From Lama guanicoe (taxonomy: Eukaryota): a DNA stretch of 64,000 nucleotides. Positions 1 through 13,548 of the stretch are shown here, one piece after another. Under the pieces are notes generated by a model. That model made no database searches and was not told the DNA's origin. It worked only from the letters and a program-made list of their open reading frames with translations. Position 1 is the stretch's first letter, and each line of letters opens with the position of its first letter. Where the stretch lies: NCBI GenBank assembly GCA_013239625.1, contig MU053810.1, positions 6,420,122 through 6,484,121 of the forward strand, in the 5' to 3' direction. A program made the position numbers and the translations under genes.

Positions 1-3000
1 AAAAGCTTTAAACTTTAGGATATGAACAGCTGGAGATAAAATTCATACACATCACTTTCTGTGAGAGAAGCCAGATCCATAATTGCACTTATTGTTCCAT
101 TATGTGCTGCAAATAGCTTCCTGCTTATAAAATGACTTCTGACTTTTAATTCTAAATTCATGGGTGCATATATAAATTATATATATATGCAAAAGCTTAT
201 CCTCTTAGGGCTTATCCAAGTATTAATAGCTCACTTTAAAAATACACTTTAGTGCAGTTAATGGCCAGAAAAACGTGCTGCACTCCTGGATCAGAAAGCT
301 AATCTGAGGTATAAATAGGCCTACGAGGAAGTAGAGTGAATCTTCAGGACCACAGCACAATGCTCTGTAGCATCCTACGGAGTTCTGGATGCCTAACAGC
401 CCTACAGAACAATGACATTTGTTCCAATTCAAACTCATGCCCATGGGGGACTAATCAATGGTTGGTGTTCCCTTGATTTGAATTGTGAACTTCTAGAGAA
501 CAGGGCTCATTTCTTTTTGTATGTTCTATACCACTATGATTACACCACCGTGCAAAAGTAAAAGGAGAAAACCCACAGCTGCAGCACCAGCGTGACACTC
601 ACTCGAAGAGAACTTCAAGCTTTCTGTCGCACTTTCATTACTGCTGAGCTCTCTTTCATATGGAAGAAAACCAGAAAATAAATAAAACCAAACCCAACAA
701 AAGCAAAATCTTGGCTGCATGATTACCATGGAGATTCAGCGTGAGGGCTACTGCAAACAGCTACCTTTCTTATCAGAAATCCAATGGCTTGTTGGCTGCT
801 CCTTGAGCTGCTAATTAAAAGCTTTTTGAAAAATATGAAAATAGTGTGCACCAAAATAATCCTATACAAAAGGATCAGGGAAGGCTGAAATATGGATACT
901 CCATCCATGGAATTAATAAAATTGAGAGAAGAGCATACACTTTTCAGTTGCAACTTACTTAGAGGAGTCATTACTAAGAAGAGTCTAGAGTTTTAAAAGA
1001 TTACGATCATACTCCTCTTTGTCTGTTTGCAGGGGTGGGGACCTAGATTATTATCCAATTTTCAAACTATCATTTTCAAATATAGATTGTTCCTTTAAAC
1101 TTTATTAAAGTCACATGGTTCTTCTAGTGCTGTAAGAGCATGGGAGCTTCAAATATTATACTGCAAATATTATATTCAAATACTAGCTTCAAATGAAATA
1201 TCAAACTTCAGAAAATTTTCAGAAGCTATATATTATACACAGTAGGAAATACTACTACTCTATCTTAGAAACAATGATCAGTACATACATGTAAACTAAA
1301 AAATATGTGCAGTATATTTTTATACATATTTACACACAATGTATTATATATGTGGAAATTGTAATGCAGTCAAATTGTAACAATTCTACCTATTAACTGA
1401 AAAATGAAAAAAAAAATACTCCATACTAGCTCTCTTAGACATTCTAAATATCAGGATAATAAGGAGAAAAAAAAAAAGATGCAAGTTCCGGATGCTCCCC
1501 GTTGTGGGTTGAGAGTCTGAGGAATATAATTTACGTCCATAGAAAAGTAGGTTTGGGGAAGAAAGGAGGCACAGCTGCCAGCGAGTTGAAAATGATTTGG
1601 GAATATGTTTCAAAAGGAACACAAACGGCTGGTTGGAGGCAACCATACCAAGAAACAAAACTATCCGCTCAACACTGTGGATTAGGTCACTGGCATAAAC
1701 TCTTTCACTAAAAGTGTTTTACAATAATCTATTGATTATTGTTGTAATGGAACGTAATGGGAAAATGCTATTCAAAGTGTCTTCACAACCAACTCTGCTG
1801 TACGTTACACGCGAACCGAACAAAGGCTGAAAAAGGAAATGCCTTTAGCAAAACCTTAACCTATGTTCCGATGTTGTAGGACTGTCCATAAAGGTAATAC
1901 TTGTTGGTTTAAGCAGGACCGGAAGTGGTTTCATCTGTGAAGATGCAGCCCAAGGCTTGCAAGGTTTCTAATCCTGCTCAGATTGGACACGTCATGTGTA
2001 TGTCCATGAAACTGACAACACTATGCCTTCCTGATAAGCAATAATGGCTTTATTAAAAACAGAGGAACTCTTATTTGACCAGAAAAAGTGTGACCGTGAT
2101 TTTAATTAATGATTTGGCTGAATGGCTGTTTCTCACGTATAGAAATTGGTGTAAATGTGCTCTCTTTATCTGTGATAGCTAATACAGCTAAATAAAAATT
2201 TCTCAGTTATAATTTTTGCTTTCACAGGGGAGTGAAAGGGTGAAAGAAAAAAAAAAAAACCCAAACAGGTACACTCACATGTTAAACTCAACAGAATCAC
2301 TGACTACTCCTGAGCCCTCCGGATCACAGATTCACTGACCTGATCACTCAGCTGCCAGTGCTTGGCCTCTTAAGATTATGAAGCAGGGATTCTTGGGTCA
2401 TTACCCTAGGAAGGCATTTGTAGGGATTGGGAATGGCCTTAATTCCTCAAAGTGCTTTGCATAATCCCGGATCCTAGTTGCATTTTTAATTCATTGGAGG
2501 CAATTTTGAGTTGGTTTTGTTTTGAAAGCCAATCAAGGATATTTTTTAAAAAAGTCGTAGAGTAGCTTCACTTGTAGCAAGCCCAAAGACAAAAGAATTA
2601 AGAGTGTTAGGATCATAAATTAAATTCAAGGCTATCAATCAATGTGTAAATGAAACTGTAAACTGTTAACATTCTGTAAAAACTAAAAAGCAAATAATTA
2701 CTGAAAGTTTTTTAAAGGGTAGTTCCAGTAAACCAGGTTTTAACCTCAACCCCTGAAAGATAAGACTAACAGAAGTCTATCAACACAAGTCGTTAATGAA
2801 TCGAATGGGAAATAGAGGAAGATGCACCTGGTCCCATGAAACAAATAATCCTAACAAATCCTTATCAAATAGCCCAAAGCAAAAAAAAAAAATTACTTAT
2901 TTCAATTTCTGTTTAGAATGGATTCTGTGAACATTGTGAGTCTTACTAAAGCAAGATGACATTGATTTAATCTTTACCGAGCATTTGCTATATGTCAGGC

Positions 3001-3442
3001 TCTGAAGATACAAGAAGAATTAAGATACAATCCTTCGCTTCAAGGATTTTTCAGCCCAACGAGAGGGAAATGCAAATGTAAACCAAATACTGTACTGTCA
3101 AATATTTTTGCTGGAGTGTAGAGGAGGGAGGAATATGAGTCTTTTGGGTTTGGGTTTCAGAGAAATGAAATGTAACATAACACTTTTGGCTGGAGTAAGT
3201 CGGTGGACAGAGATGTCATTCTCTGAGAAAGAATATAAGTGAGAATGAAAGATGATGAGCTCAATTCTGGATAAAGTTCTGGAAACTGTCCTAAATGGAG
3301 GAGGTTTGGAGAGAGGCATGGGTTGGAGGTGGGACTAGAGCACCCCTAGCGTGAAGGGGGCGGTTGAAATAATGGAAATAGATTCTTTCCTAGTGAATAG
3401 AAGAGGGTCAAGGATGGAACTGTTTGGAAGCTAGCATTTGGG

Positions 3443-3620
3443 AAAGTAATTCTCAGCCTTGGCTGCACACTGGAATAGACTGGGAAACTTTAAAACATAG
3501 TGATACCTAGGTCTCATCCCGAGAGATCTGATTTAAGTGGACTGGGACAGGATCTGGGCAACGAGATTTTACAAAGATACCCAAGTAATTCTAAGATGCA
3601 GTCAGGGTCGAGAACCACTG
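3443..3620. mobile_element. MER5-type hAT-Charlie MITE
   Basis: About 180 bp. Ends resemble MER5 termini (AGTAATTCTCAGCCTTGGCTGCAC ... GCAGTCAGGGTCGAGAACCACTG). Confidence 0.7.
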
Positions 3621-4282
3621 GCTTATGGGGTGGTGCAGGAAGAGTAAAGTAGGAACCCATAGAAGAGGCAGAGAAACAGGAAGTACGTTAGGGATGCCAA
3701 AGGAGGGAATTTCCAAAAACGGGAGTCTATCAACAGGGTCAGAAATACAGAAAGGCTAATAATGGGGAGACTAAAATGTTTCTGATACTGATGACTGATG
3801 AGATTTAGGGCCATTCCAATAGCACAGGGGAGGTCAGGGCCAGGTGCTATGGACTCAATGTATCCAGGCGGGGAAGGAATCGACACAATGCAATGAATAC
3901 TGAATATGCTTTCAAGGAGCTTGGTGTGAATGGAGGACAGAGGGTCATGACTATAGAGACTTTTGAAGATTCCATCATATAATTAGGCTAAAGGACGGCT
4001 CTGATGGAGAGGAGTGGGGAAGGGGTGGAGGGAGAGGGTGAGAGAATAAATGTTTGCTGGAACAAGACCCTGGGATAGTTGAGAACTGTGCAAACACAGA
4101 TACTATCTTAAACTTATGTCCCCTTTTTGACCTAAGAAATGTCACAATCTAAACTTTTTTGTGTGACTGCTGTTTTTAAAATGCGATTTCAAAGTAAATT
4201 TGCAATAAGCCTAAATATTTTGAATCAAAAGAAGTTCATATACTTCCAATTTATTTTACATTTAAATAAAAACTTCAGTTTT

Positions 4283-6405
4283 TTCTTTTTTTAAATTTTT
4301 TATTGATTTATAATCATTTTACAATGCTGTGTCAAATTCCAGTGTAGAGCACAATTTTTCAGTCATACATGAACATATATATATTCATTGAGACATTTCT
4401 TACTCTGTGAGCTACCATAAGATCTTGTGTATACATGATCATATATATATTCATTGAGACATTTCTTTCTCTGTGAGCAACCATAAGACCCTGTGCTATA
4501 CAGTATCATCTTGTTTATCTATTCTACAATTTTGAAATCCCAGTCCATCCCTTCCCACTCTCCACCCCCTTGGCAACCACAAGTTTGTATTCTATGTCTG
4601 TGAGTCTATTTCTGTTTTATATTTATGCTTTGTTTTTGTTTTTTGTTTTTTTTAGATTCCACATATGAGTGATCTCATATGGTATTTTTCTTTCTCTTTC
4701 TGGCTTACTTCACTTAGAATGACATTCTCCAGGGACATCCATGTTGCTGCAAATGGCGTTATGTTGTCAGTTTTTATGGCTGAGTAGTATTCCATTGTAT
4801 AAATATACCACCACTTCTTTATCCAGTCATCTGTTGATGGACATTTAGGCTGTTTCCAAGTCTTGGCTATTGTAAATATTGCTACTATGAACATTGGGGT
4901 GCAGGTGTCATCCTGAAGTAGGGTTCCTTCTGGGTACAAGCCCAGGAGTGGGATTCCTGGGTCATATGGTAAGTCTATTCCTAGTCTTTTGAGGAATCTC
5001 CATACTGTTTTCCACAGTGGCTGCACCAAACTGCATTCCCACCAGCGGTGTAGTAGTGTTCCCCTTTCCAGCCTCTCCAGAGTATGTCATTTGTGGATTT
5101 TTGAATGATGGCCACTCTGACTGGTGTGAGGTGATACCTCATTGTAGTTTTGATTTACATTTCTCTGATAATTAGTGATATGGAGCATTTTTTCATGTGC
5201 CTATTGATCATTTGTATGTCTTCCTTGGAGAATTGCTTGCTTAGGTCTTTTGCCCATTTTTGGATTGGTCAGGCAAGAGAGAGAAATAAAAGGGATCCAA
5301 ATTGGAAAAGAAGAGGTAAAAGTGTCATTATATGCCAACGACATGTTACTATATATAGAAAACCCTAAAAGGTCCACACAAAAACTACTAGAGCTGATCG
5401 AAGAATTCAGCAAGTTAGCAGGTTACAAGATTAACGTTCAAAAATCTGTTGCATTTCTTTACACTAATGATGAATCAACAGAAAAAAAAAGTAAAGAAAC
5501 AATCCCCTTTAAAATAGCACCCAAACTAATAAAATACCTAGGAATAAATCTAACCAAGGAGGTGAAAGAATTATACACAGAAAACTATAAACCATTGATA
5601 AAGGAAATTAAAGACTTTAAATAATGGAAAGATATCCCATGCTCTTGGATTGGAAGAATCAATATTGTTAAAATGGTCACACTGCCCAAGGCAATCTACA
5701 GATTTAATGCAATCCCTATCAAACTACCCAGAACATATTTCAGAGAACTAGAACAAATCATAATAAAATTTATATGGAACCATCAAAGACCTAGAATTGC
5801 CAAAGCATTACTGAAGAGGAAGAAAGAGGCTGGAGGAATAACTCTCGCAGACTTCAGGCAATATTATAAAGCTACAGTCATCAAGACAGCATGGTATTGG
5901 TACAAAAACAGACATAATGACCAATGGAACAGAATAGAGAGCCCAGAAATGAACCCACAAACTTTTGGTCAACTCATCTTCAACAAAGGAGGCAAAAATA
6001 TACACTGGAATAAAGACAGCCTTTTCAGCAAATGGTCTTGGGAAAACTGGACAGCACCATGTAAAGCAATGAAGCTAGAACACTCTCTAAACCATACACA
6101 AAAATGAGCTCAAGATGGATCAAAGACTTAAACATAAGACAAGATACAACGAACCTACTAGAAGAAAATATAGGCAAAACATTATCTGACATACATCTCA
6201 AAAATATCCTCCTAGAAGAGTCTACTCAAGCAATAGAAATAAAAGCAAGAATAAACAAATGGGACCTAATGAAACTTAGAAGCTTCTGCACAGCAAAGGA
6301 AACCATAAGTAAAACAAAACAACCACCTACGGAATGGGAGAAAATTTTTGCAAATGAAGCCGACAAAGGCTTGATCCCAGAATATATAAGCAGCTCATAC
6401 GACTT
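4283..6405 (-). mobile_element. Young 5'-truncated, 5'-inverted L1 (camelid type)
   Basis: Poly(T), 3' UTR and ORF2 C-terminus lie on the minus strand at 4283-~5268. An inverted ORF2 piece lies on the plus strand at ~5269-6405, with a degenerate RT motif SLYANDM, stops and frameshifts. An 18-nt TSD AATAAAAACTTCAGTTTT sits at 4265-4282 and 6406-6423. Confidence 0.93.
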
Positions 6406-7049
6406 AATAAAAACTTCAGTTTTAATCAGTAAACACAAAACAATTTAGTATTATTTAAAGGAGCAATGACACACTAAATTATATAAAATACGACTACTTC
6501 TTTTAGACTTAATAAGATAATTTTAATACTACAGTTTTGCCAAATGCAATTCAAATAAGTCTCTGATTTTTGAAGCTGAATCATAAATTACACATGGCAC
6601 TCTGACAGAATTATCGTTTCATGGGATTTACATCAAATCTATTATCTTATGTTCTGTTGCCTAGCTACTGGAATTCTGAAGTTAATGCATTTTAGATGGG
6701 TATTTAAATTTCAAACAGAATTTCAGCTATGCAGTCTACAGAAAGAGAAACAGCCAGATACATCAGCTGATTTAAATTTCCAAAGGAAACTTCTTTGCTT
6801 GCAAGAACTCAGAGCTGCTAAGTTTTGGAGGAGAGTCCGGTGATTTTTGGCGGAAGACACCCAACATCATGTAACAAGACACCCTCTGTTTATACTAATT
6901 TTTTTGGCTTGTTTTTGTTTTCACTACGACCATGGAGAAAAGGAAATCTTTTTTTGATCATTATCAAGTGTTTAAGATTTTAAATCTATGATTTAGATTT
7001 TGCTTCATAGTACAGTTCTGCACATCACACACACACACACATGCATCTA

Positions 7050-7259
<210 letters not shown>

Positions 7260-10061
7260 TTATTTATTTTCTCAGGAGGTAATTAAAGCAGGATCTTTCA
7301 GACTCATTTTTGTGATTTAGCAAAAAAAAAAAAAAAAAAAAAAAAAGAAAAAAACCCCCAAAAAAACCTACTACCAGGATATAGAGTGAAAATTGTTTTA
7401 ATTGAAAAAGCTTCTGTCCACGGAATATAAAGTAAGTAGCATCGATTTTAATATATAGATGTTATAATATTTTCCTTGTACTACAGAAATCACTCCTATA
7501 CTCTTTTGTACACTTAAACAGAATGTTTTTTTTTCTCCTATGGGTTTGTAGATACAAAAATCACAGCCCTGAGTGACTCATGAATCGCAGGGAAAGCCTA
7601 GCCAGCATTGAGAACACAGAATAAACATGTTCAATATAAACCATACCAGAAAATCAAAAATTCTATGAAAAAGTAGTCTCTCACTAGAGAACAATTTAAA
7701 CATCTTGCTAAAACTATTTTACTTATTTTAAAGAATTGTTATTTGTTTTTGAATTAGTTACACGTAATTTTTTTTAACATGGAATAAACAGCAACCTGGA
7801 GAAAGATATAAGCATATGTGAATTTATTTTAGAATTAAATACTTTAAAATACAATTAAATACTATTTTACAATTCAGTGTTCCAAATGCATTTTTCCCCC
7901 TGCCCCTCCATAATGGTCACCTCTGTTCACTAAAGGTCAGAGACTTGGTCAAACACTATACTCCTCCTCCAAGAAATATATATATTGCAAAGTTATTTCC
8001 TTGTGAATTTAAAAAGGAGAGTACAAACCTTTCCTTTTCTGTTCATTATTTATGTATTCTCGGTTAACTTTGGAGATGACAGCTAGCAACCACATGCTGT
8101 GAACTGACGGGTGGTCCCTATATTTTGAAGAACTGACTGAGTTCAGAATACAGAGTTACAAAATACTTTGAACATGTGACGGGATGGACTAAAGGAAAGA
8201 TACCTGAATGTCTCTGAAAATTCCTATTTTGAATAGTAAGTGTAATTCAGTGTGGTTACATAAGGCAAAAATGTCTAGTTAAAATTTATCCTGGTTTAGT
8301 CAAAATTATTATTCTTTTACAATCTCTTTGTCCCACAGGGTCCCACGGAGATAGTTATTTAACTCAAATAATAATAATGTGTTAGAGCCAGGAGGATCTT
8401 AGAGATGAGCTAGTTGAGGGATCCTTAAACTGGGATCTGTTAATGACCTTCAAAAGGTCTGAAATGACAACTTTGTACAATATTTTGGTGAGTATGTAGA
8501 AAAAGATCCATTTTTTATTTTGGAGTGGAGGATACAGTTTTCAAGAGATTCTTAAAAGGCACCAGGATACCCACCAACAATGAAGACCATGACTTGTCAC
8601 TCCATGACTCTTTTCAACTGCGAGGAGGAGAGGCTGGAAATGCAGTAACTTGCCCAAGGTCACATGACGAGTTGGTGGGCAAGCCTGGCACAGAACACAT
8701 CTCTCCAAAATCTTGGTGTAAATCTTGACAGATTGAACCAAACTACTCGAATGGTCTACCAAAAGTGTAAACATCTAAGATTTGAATAGTTTTCATCAGT
8801 GTATGGAAAGGAAAGTCACCAAGCAGTGGCAGGCTATTGCAGCAGATTCACATGTTTATAAGTCACAGCTTCCTGGGTACCACTTAGTGTCAAACACGAG
8901 GATGACAACTAACAAAATGAGGTCAAGTATCTGAAGATATTGCCTACATTTTACAGAATACACAGATACAGAAAAATTCTGGAATTTCTCCATTTTCATC
9001 TGAAAGCTTGGCATCCTACAAATGGCCACACGTGAACATACAAACTGTCTTGGCCATTAAATTGTAACAGGCAAAGTGGGTTGTGATTTGCAGATCTAGT
9101 CAGACAGGGTACAGTTCGACAGGGAGTTGAAAAGAAGCAATTTTGAGGGACAGACAGTTAAGAACATGGAGGGGTAATGGATACTCTCTTAGATTATTTT
9201 GAATATTATGATGTGACATGTATTTAGGGAGAAATAACAGTGAACTACATGCCTGAAATGTATATGAAATCTTTTATGCTTAGTAAGCAAGTGTGGTGCA
9301 CATGAGGTGATCTTAAGGTAGGAATCCATCTTATTTTTCAAATACAAATTTCTGACAATTGTATAATTTACGGCAAGAACAAAGCTTTGGATGTAAATGT
9401 ATGAACATATCTATGCACAATCTGTGGTGTGTGGAGAGCCCTCCGTCAGTGGTGGCTGTGGTTATCTTTATTTCAAAGACAAGGTACTAGGCAGGTCGTA
9501 GATTTAAGTTCTGTTATATCTTACATCTGTCATGGCTCTGTAACATTGTTCATATTCTGCTCCATGATTTACTAGTTACTTAGAGCATTTCTGAACCAAA
9601 TTTCATTGGAGGTCATACCTACCTTTACTGGGTTACAGTAAGAGTTAAAATATGAAAAGCATGTTTTCTTTTGCCTTGAAGATTAAATTCAATCCCTTAA
9701 AACAAAACACTGCTGAACAGATATTTTATGCAAGTATGAAATGGTATGTGCATCACGGTACATCTTCTAATCTAAGAACATATAAACTGATAGTAAGAAA
9801 TAGTTTAAAAAATCACTTTCTATTATGTTTATTCATACTGCCACAGTTTTTATGGTCCAGCAGTTTTAAAGCTTTGCAGATACATGGTGCAATGAAATGG
9901 TACCATTGGGAAACCAAACAGACCTACTAGAAATATAACTTTACTGATAAGTGATACCAATTAGAAATATCTTCAAAGGGATTCATGTACAAATCAGTGA
10001 ATTAGAAAGCAGATTTACATCACCAGGCATTTGGGGGAAAACGTTTCTATGAAGATTTTTA

Positions 10062-10430
<369 letters not shown>

Positions 10431-10731
10431 TCAATAGGAGTCCTTCGTCTCTTCTTAATCATCTTCCTCTGCTTACCCTGACGGGTCAAATGTTGGCTGT
10501 TGTAAAATGTAGCACCGCTCAACCCGGACTGGCTGAGAGTGACCAGCTGTACAAACCAGTGGTTGTTTGGCTGATGCCAAACATAATTTCACTGAATTAT
10601 GTTAAATAGTTTAAAAACATAATGAACAGTTTTGCTGTCATTTGGATACCACTATTATATACACATTTTCAAAATGTAGAAATTGATTGTAAGGTTACCT
10701 AAGCTTCAGGGATATACCCAAATTAATGCAT

Positions 10732-10769
10732 TTTCAAGTCCATTGCCTTGACCACTCGGCCACGACTAC
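10732..10769 (-). pseudogene. Tailless retro-copy of the tRNA-Ser(UGA) 5' half
   Basis: Minus strand reads GTAGTCGTGGCCGAGTGGTCAAGGCAATGGACTTGAAA, matching tRNA-Ser from base 1 to the anticodon loop. It is flanked by the direct repeat CCCAAA(T/C)TAATGCATTTT at 10717-10734 and 10769-10786. Confidence 0.85.
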
Positions 10770-11419
10770 CCAAACTAATGCATTTTAAGTATCTTTTGCA
10801 ATATAGAAACAAATTTGCATAAAACATCATGACATTCATATACTTTTTACCATACTACTTTTCAGTTACATACTTCAATGACAAAAGTCTGCTAAAACTT
10901 GTTGCCTGAACATTTAACATTTAATGATAATTAAATATCACAGGGAATTTTAAGTGAATAGCTCTTAAACTCAGTGAACAAAATTCATTTTTGAATATAA
11001 TAAACATACTTAACCCAAACTATTTCATGTCAAGCTAATCTTTCAAATCAATAATTCTCCTTTTAAAAAAATTTGAACACTTTATACATTTAGCATTTGG
11101 GACAAGATATTTCTTGGTTATATGGCTAAAACTGTGGAACCTTATTTAAACAAAATATTTTTTCACTCTGTAGAAGCACTATGTAGGCTTACTGCAAAAA
11201 TCCTACCTTCAAAAAAAATTCTGCATTTCTTTTCCTTCTGGGCATGTTTATTATCATTATTCTGCACATGCATTTTATCCCAATGTCTTAAGCATTTCCC
11301 ATTTTGTTGACTATTGTTTTATAAAATTTAAATTTGCTGCATAATGTTCTGCCATGTATCATAATACATCAAGTTTTTGAATTTTATTTTTTATTGAAGT
11401 ATAGTTGATTATAACATTA

Positions 11420-12320
11420 ATTTTTAAATAGTTGGATATTTAGGTTATTTCCATATGTTCACAATTGTAAAGAATGCTAGGATAAATCTTTTGGGCATGA
11501 ACCTGTGTTCCTGATTTGTATTATTTCCTTAGCATAAATTGCCTAAATTCTGCAGTTGGTTCTGAGTGTATAAACATATTTAAACCTTTTGATACATACT
11601 ATTTAGTTGCTCTTCAAAAATTCTGAACCGTTATTCTCCTATCAGCCAAATGAAAGGTAAATAATTTCAACACAATTTCATGGACACTGAGGATTATTAT
11701 TTTTAAAAGTAATGCTTTCTTCTTTTAATTTGTTTTTGATTCCTAGGGAAGCTGAATACTTTCTTTTCATATTTTTTATCAGTGATTCGTCATTCTTATT
11801 TTGTGAACTGCCTTTTTCCACTGATATATTCATCTCTTCCTAATCAATTTATAAGCCCTCTTTACAGTTTAAAGAGAATAATGATATGTATGCTGCAAAT
11901 ACTTTCCCTCATTTTTCATTTGCATTGCAGTTTCATTCATTTTCCTTTTTTCTTAGTATGAAAGAATTTTAAATTTTATGTAGTCAAATCTTCCTTTTCA
12001 AAAATCATTTCTGCTCTTGGTTTTCTGCACATAAAGTTCTTTAAGTTGGTTTTCATCTCAGGATTATATAAATACATTTTGCTCTGTGTATTCATTTTAT
12101 TTATTTATTTACTTATTTGCATTTAAGTCGATACATGTTTGCAATTCACTGTGGTATGTGGTGTGTGGGAAGGATTCAGATTCCCTCTCCTCCAAATGGT
12201 CACCCAGTTGGCTGTCCCTAGAACACTGATTCCCCTAGTGATTTGTAATGCCATTTCTGGGAATTCCACTTGGATCTGTTTCTGAACAGTGTCTCCTATT
12301 GATTGGTATGTCTGTTTCTA
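11420..12320 (-). mobile_element. Old degenerate L1 (L1M-type) ORF2 3' fragment
   Basis: Diverged similarity to L1 ORF2 antisense motifs (GGATATTTAGGTTATTTCC, AATTTTATGTAGTCAAAT). Boundaries are approximate. Confidence 0.6.
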
Positions 12321-12351
12321 TTCCCACGTTGTTCAGTCATTTGACATATTT

Positions 12352-13548
12352 ATTTATTTATTTATTTATTTTAAACACTTTTTAATTGAGTTATAGTCAT
12401 TTTACAATGTTGTGTCAAACTCCAGTGTAGAGCACAATTTTTCAGTTATACATGAACATACATATATTCATTGTCACATTTTATCTTTCGCTGTGAGCTA
12501 CCATAAGATCTTGTATATATTTCCCTGTGCTATACAGTATAACCTTGTTTATCTATTCTACATTTTGAATTTCCAGTCTGTCCCTTCCCACCTCCTGCAC
12601 CCTTGGCAACCACAAGTTTGTATTCTATGTGTATGAGTCTGTTTCGTATTTATGTATTTGTTTTGTATTTATGTTTTTGTTTTTGTTGTTTTTAGATTCC
12701 ACATATGAGCAATCTCATATGGTATTTTTCTTTCTCTTTCTGGCTTACTTCACTTAGAATGACATTCTCCAGGGACATCCATTTTGCTGCTGCAAATGGC
12801 GTTACATTGTTGGTTTTTATGGCTGAATAGTATTCCATTGTATAAATATACCACTTCTTCTTTATCCAGTCATTTGCTGATGGACATTTAGGCTGTTTCC
12901 ATGTCTTGGCTTTTGTAAATATTGCTGCAATGAACATTGGGGTGCAGGTGTTTTTTCGAAGTAGGGTTCTTTTTGGATATATGCCCAGGAGCAGGATTCC
13001 TGGGTCGTATGGTAATTCTATTCCTAGTCTTTCGAGGAATCTCCATACTGTTTTCCACAGTGGCTGCACCAACCTGCATTCCTACCAGCAGTGTAGGTTT
13101 CGCTTTTCTCCACAGCCTCTCGAGCATTTGTCATTTATGGACTTTTGAATGATGGCCATTCTGACTGATGTGAGATGATATGTCATTGTAGTTTTGATTT
13201 GCATGTCTCTGATAATTAGCAATATGGAGCATTTTTTCATGTGCCTATTGATCATTTGTATGTCTTCCTGGGAGAATTGCTTGTTTAGGTCTTCTGCCCA
13301 TTCTTGGATTGAGTTGTTTGTTTTTTTCTTATTAAGTCATATGAGCTGCTTATATATTCTGGAGATCAAGCCTTTGTCAGTTTCATTTGCAAAAATTTTC
13401 TCCCATTCCATAGGTTGTCATTTTGTTTTACTTGTGGTTTCCTTTGCTGTGCAGAAGCTTTTAAGTTTCATTAGGTCCCATTTGTTTATTCTTGCTTTTA
13501 TTTCTATTGCTTGTGTAGACTGCCCTAGGAGAGCACTTTTGAGATGTA
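12352..13548 (-). mobile_element. Young 5'-truncated L1 (same family as 4283-6405)
   Basis: Has a (TTTA)n tail, 3' UTR and ORF2 C-terminus (ORF 12692-13072). The TSD TCATTTGACATATTT lies at 12337-12351 and 13549-13563. It is inserted into an L2-like 3' end. Confidence 0.93.

Noticed and set aside
5250..6448. Reverse-transcriptase-like ORFs as a functional gene
   Set aside because: They are broken L1 ORF2 fragments with stops, frameshifts and YAND in place of the catalytic YADD-type motif.
7321..7366. Long A tract near exon 20 as a retro-insertion
   Set aside because: No flanking direct repeat was found, so it was treated as a simple mononucleotide repeat.
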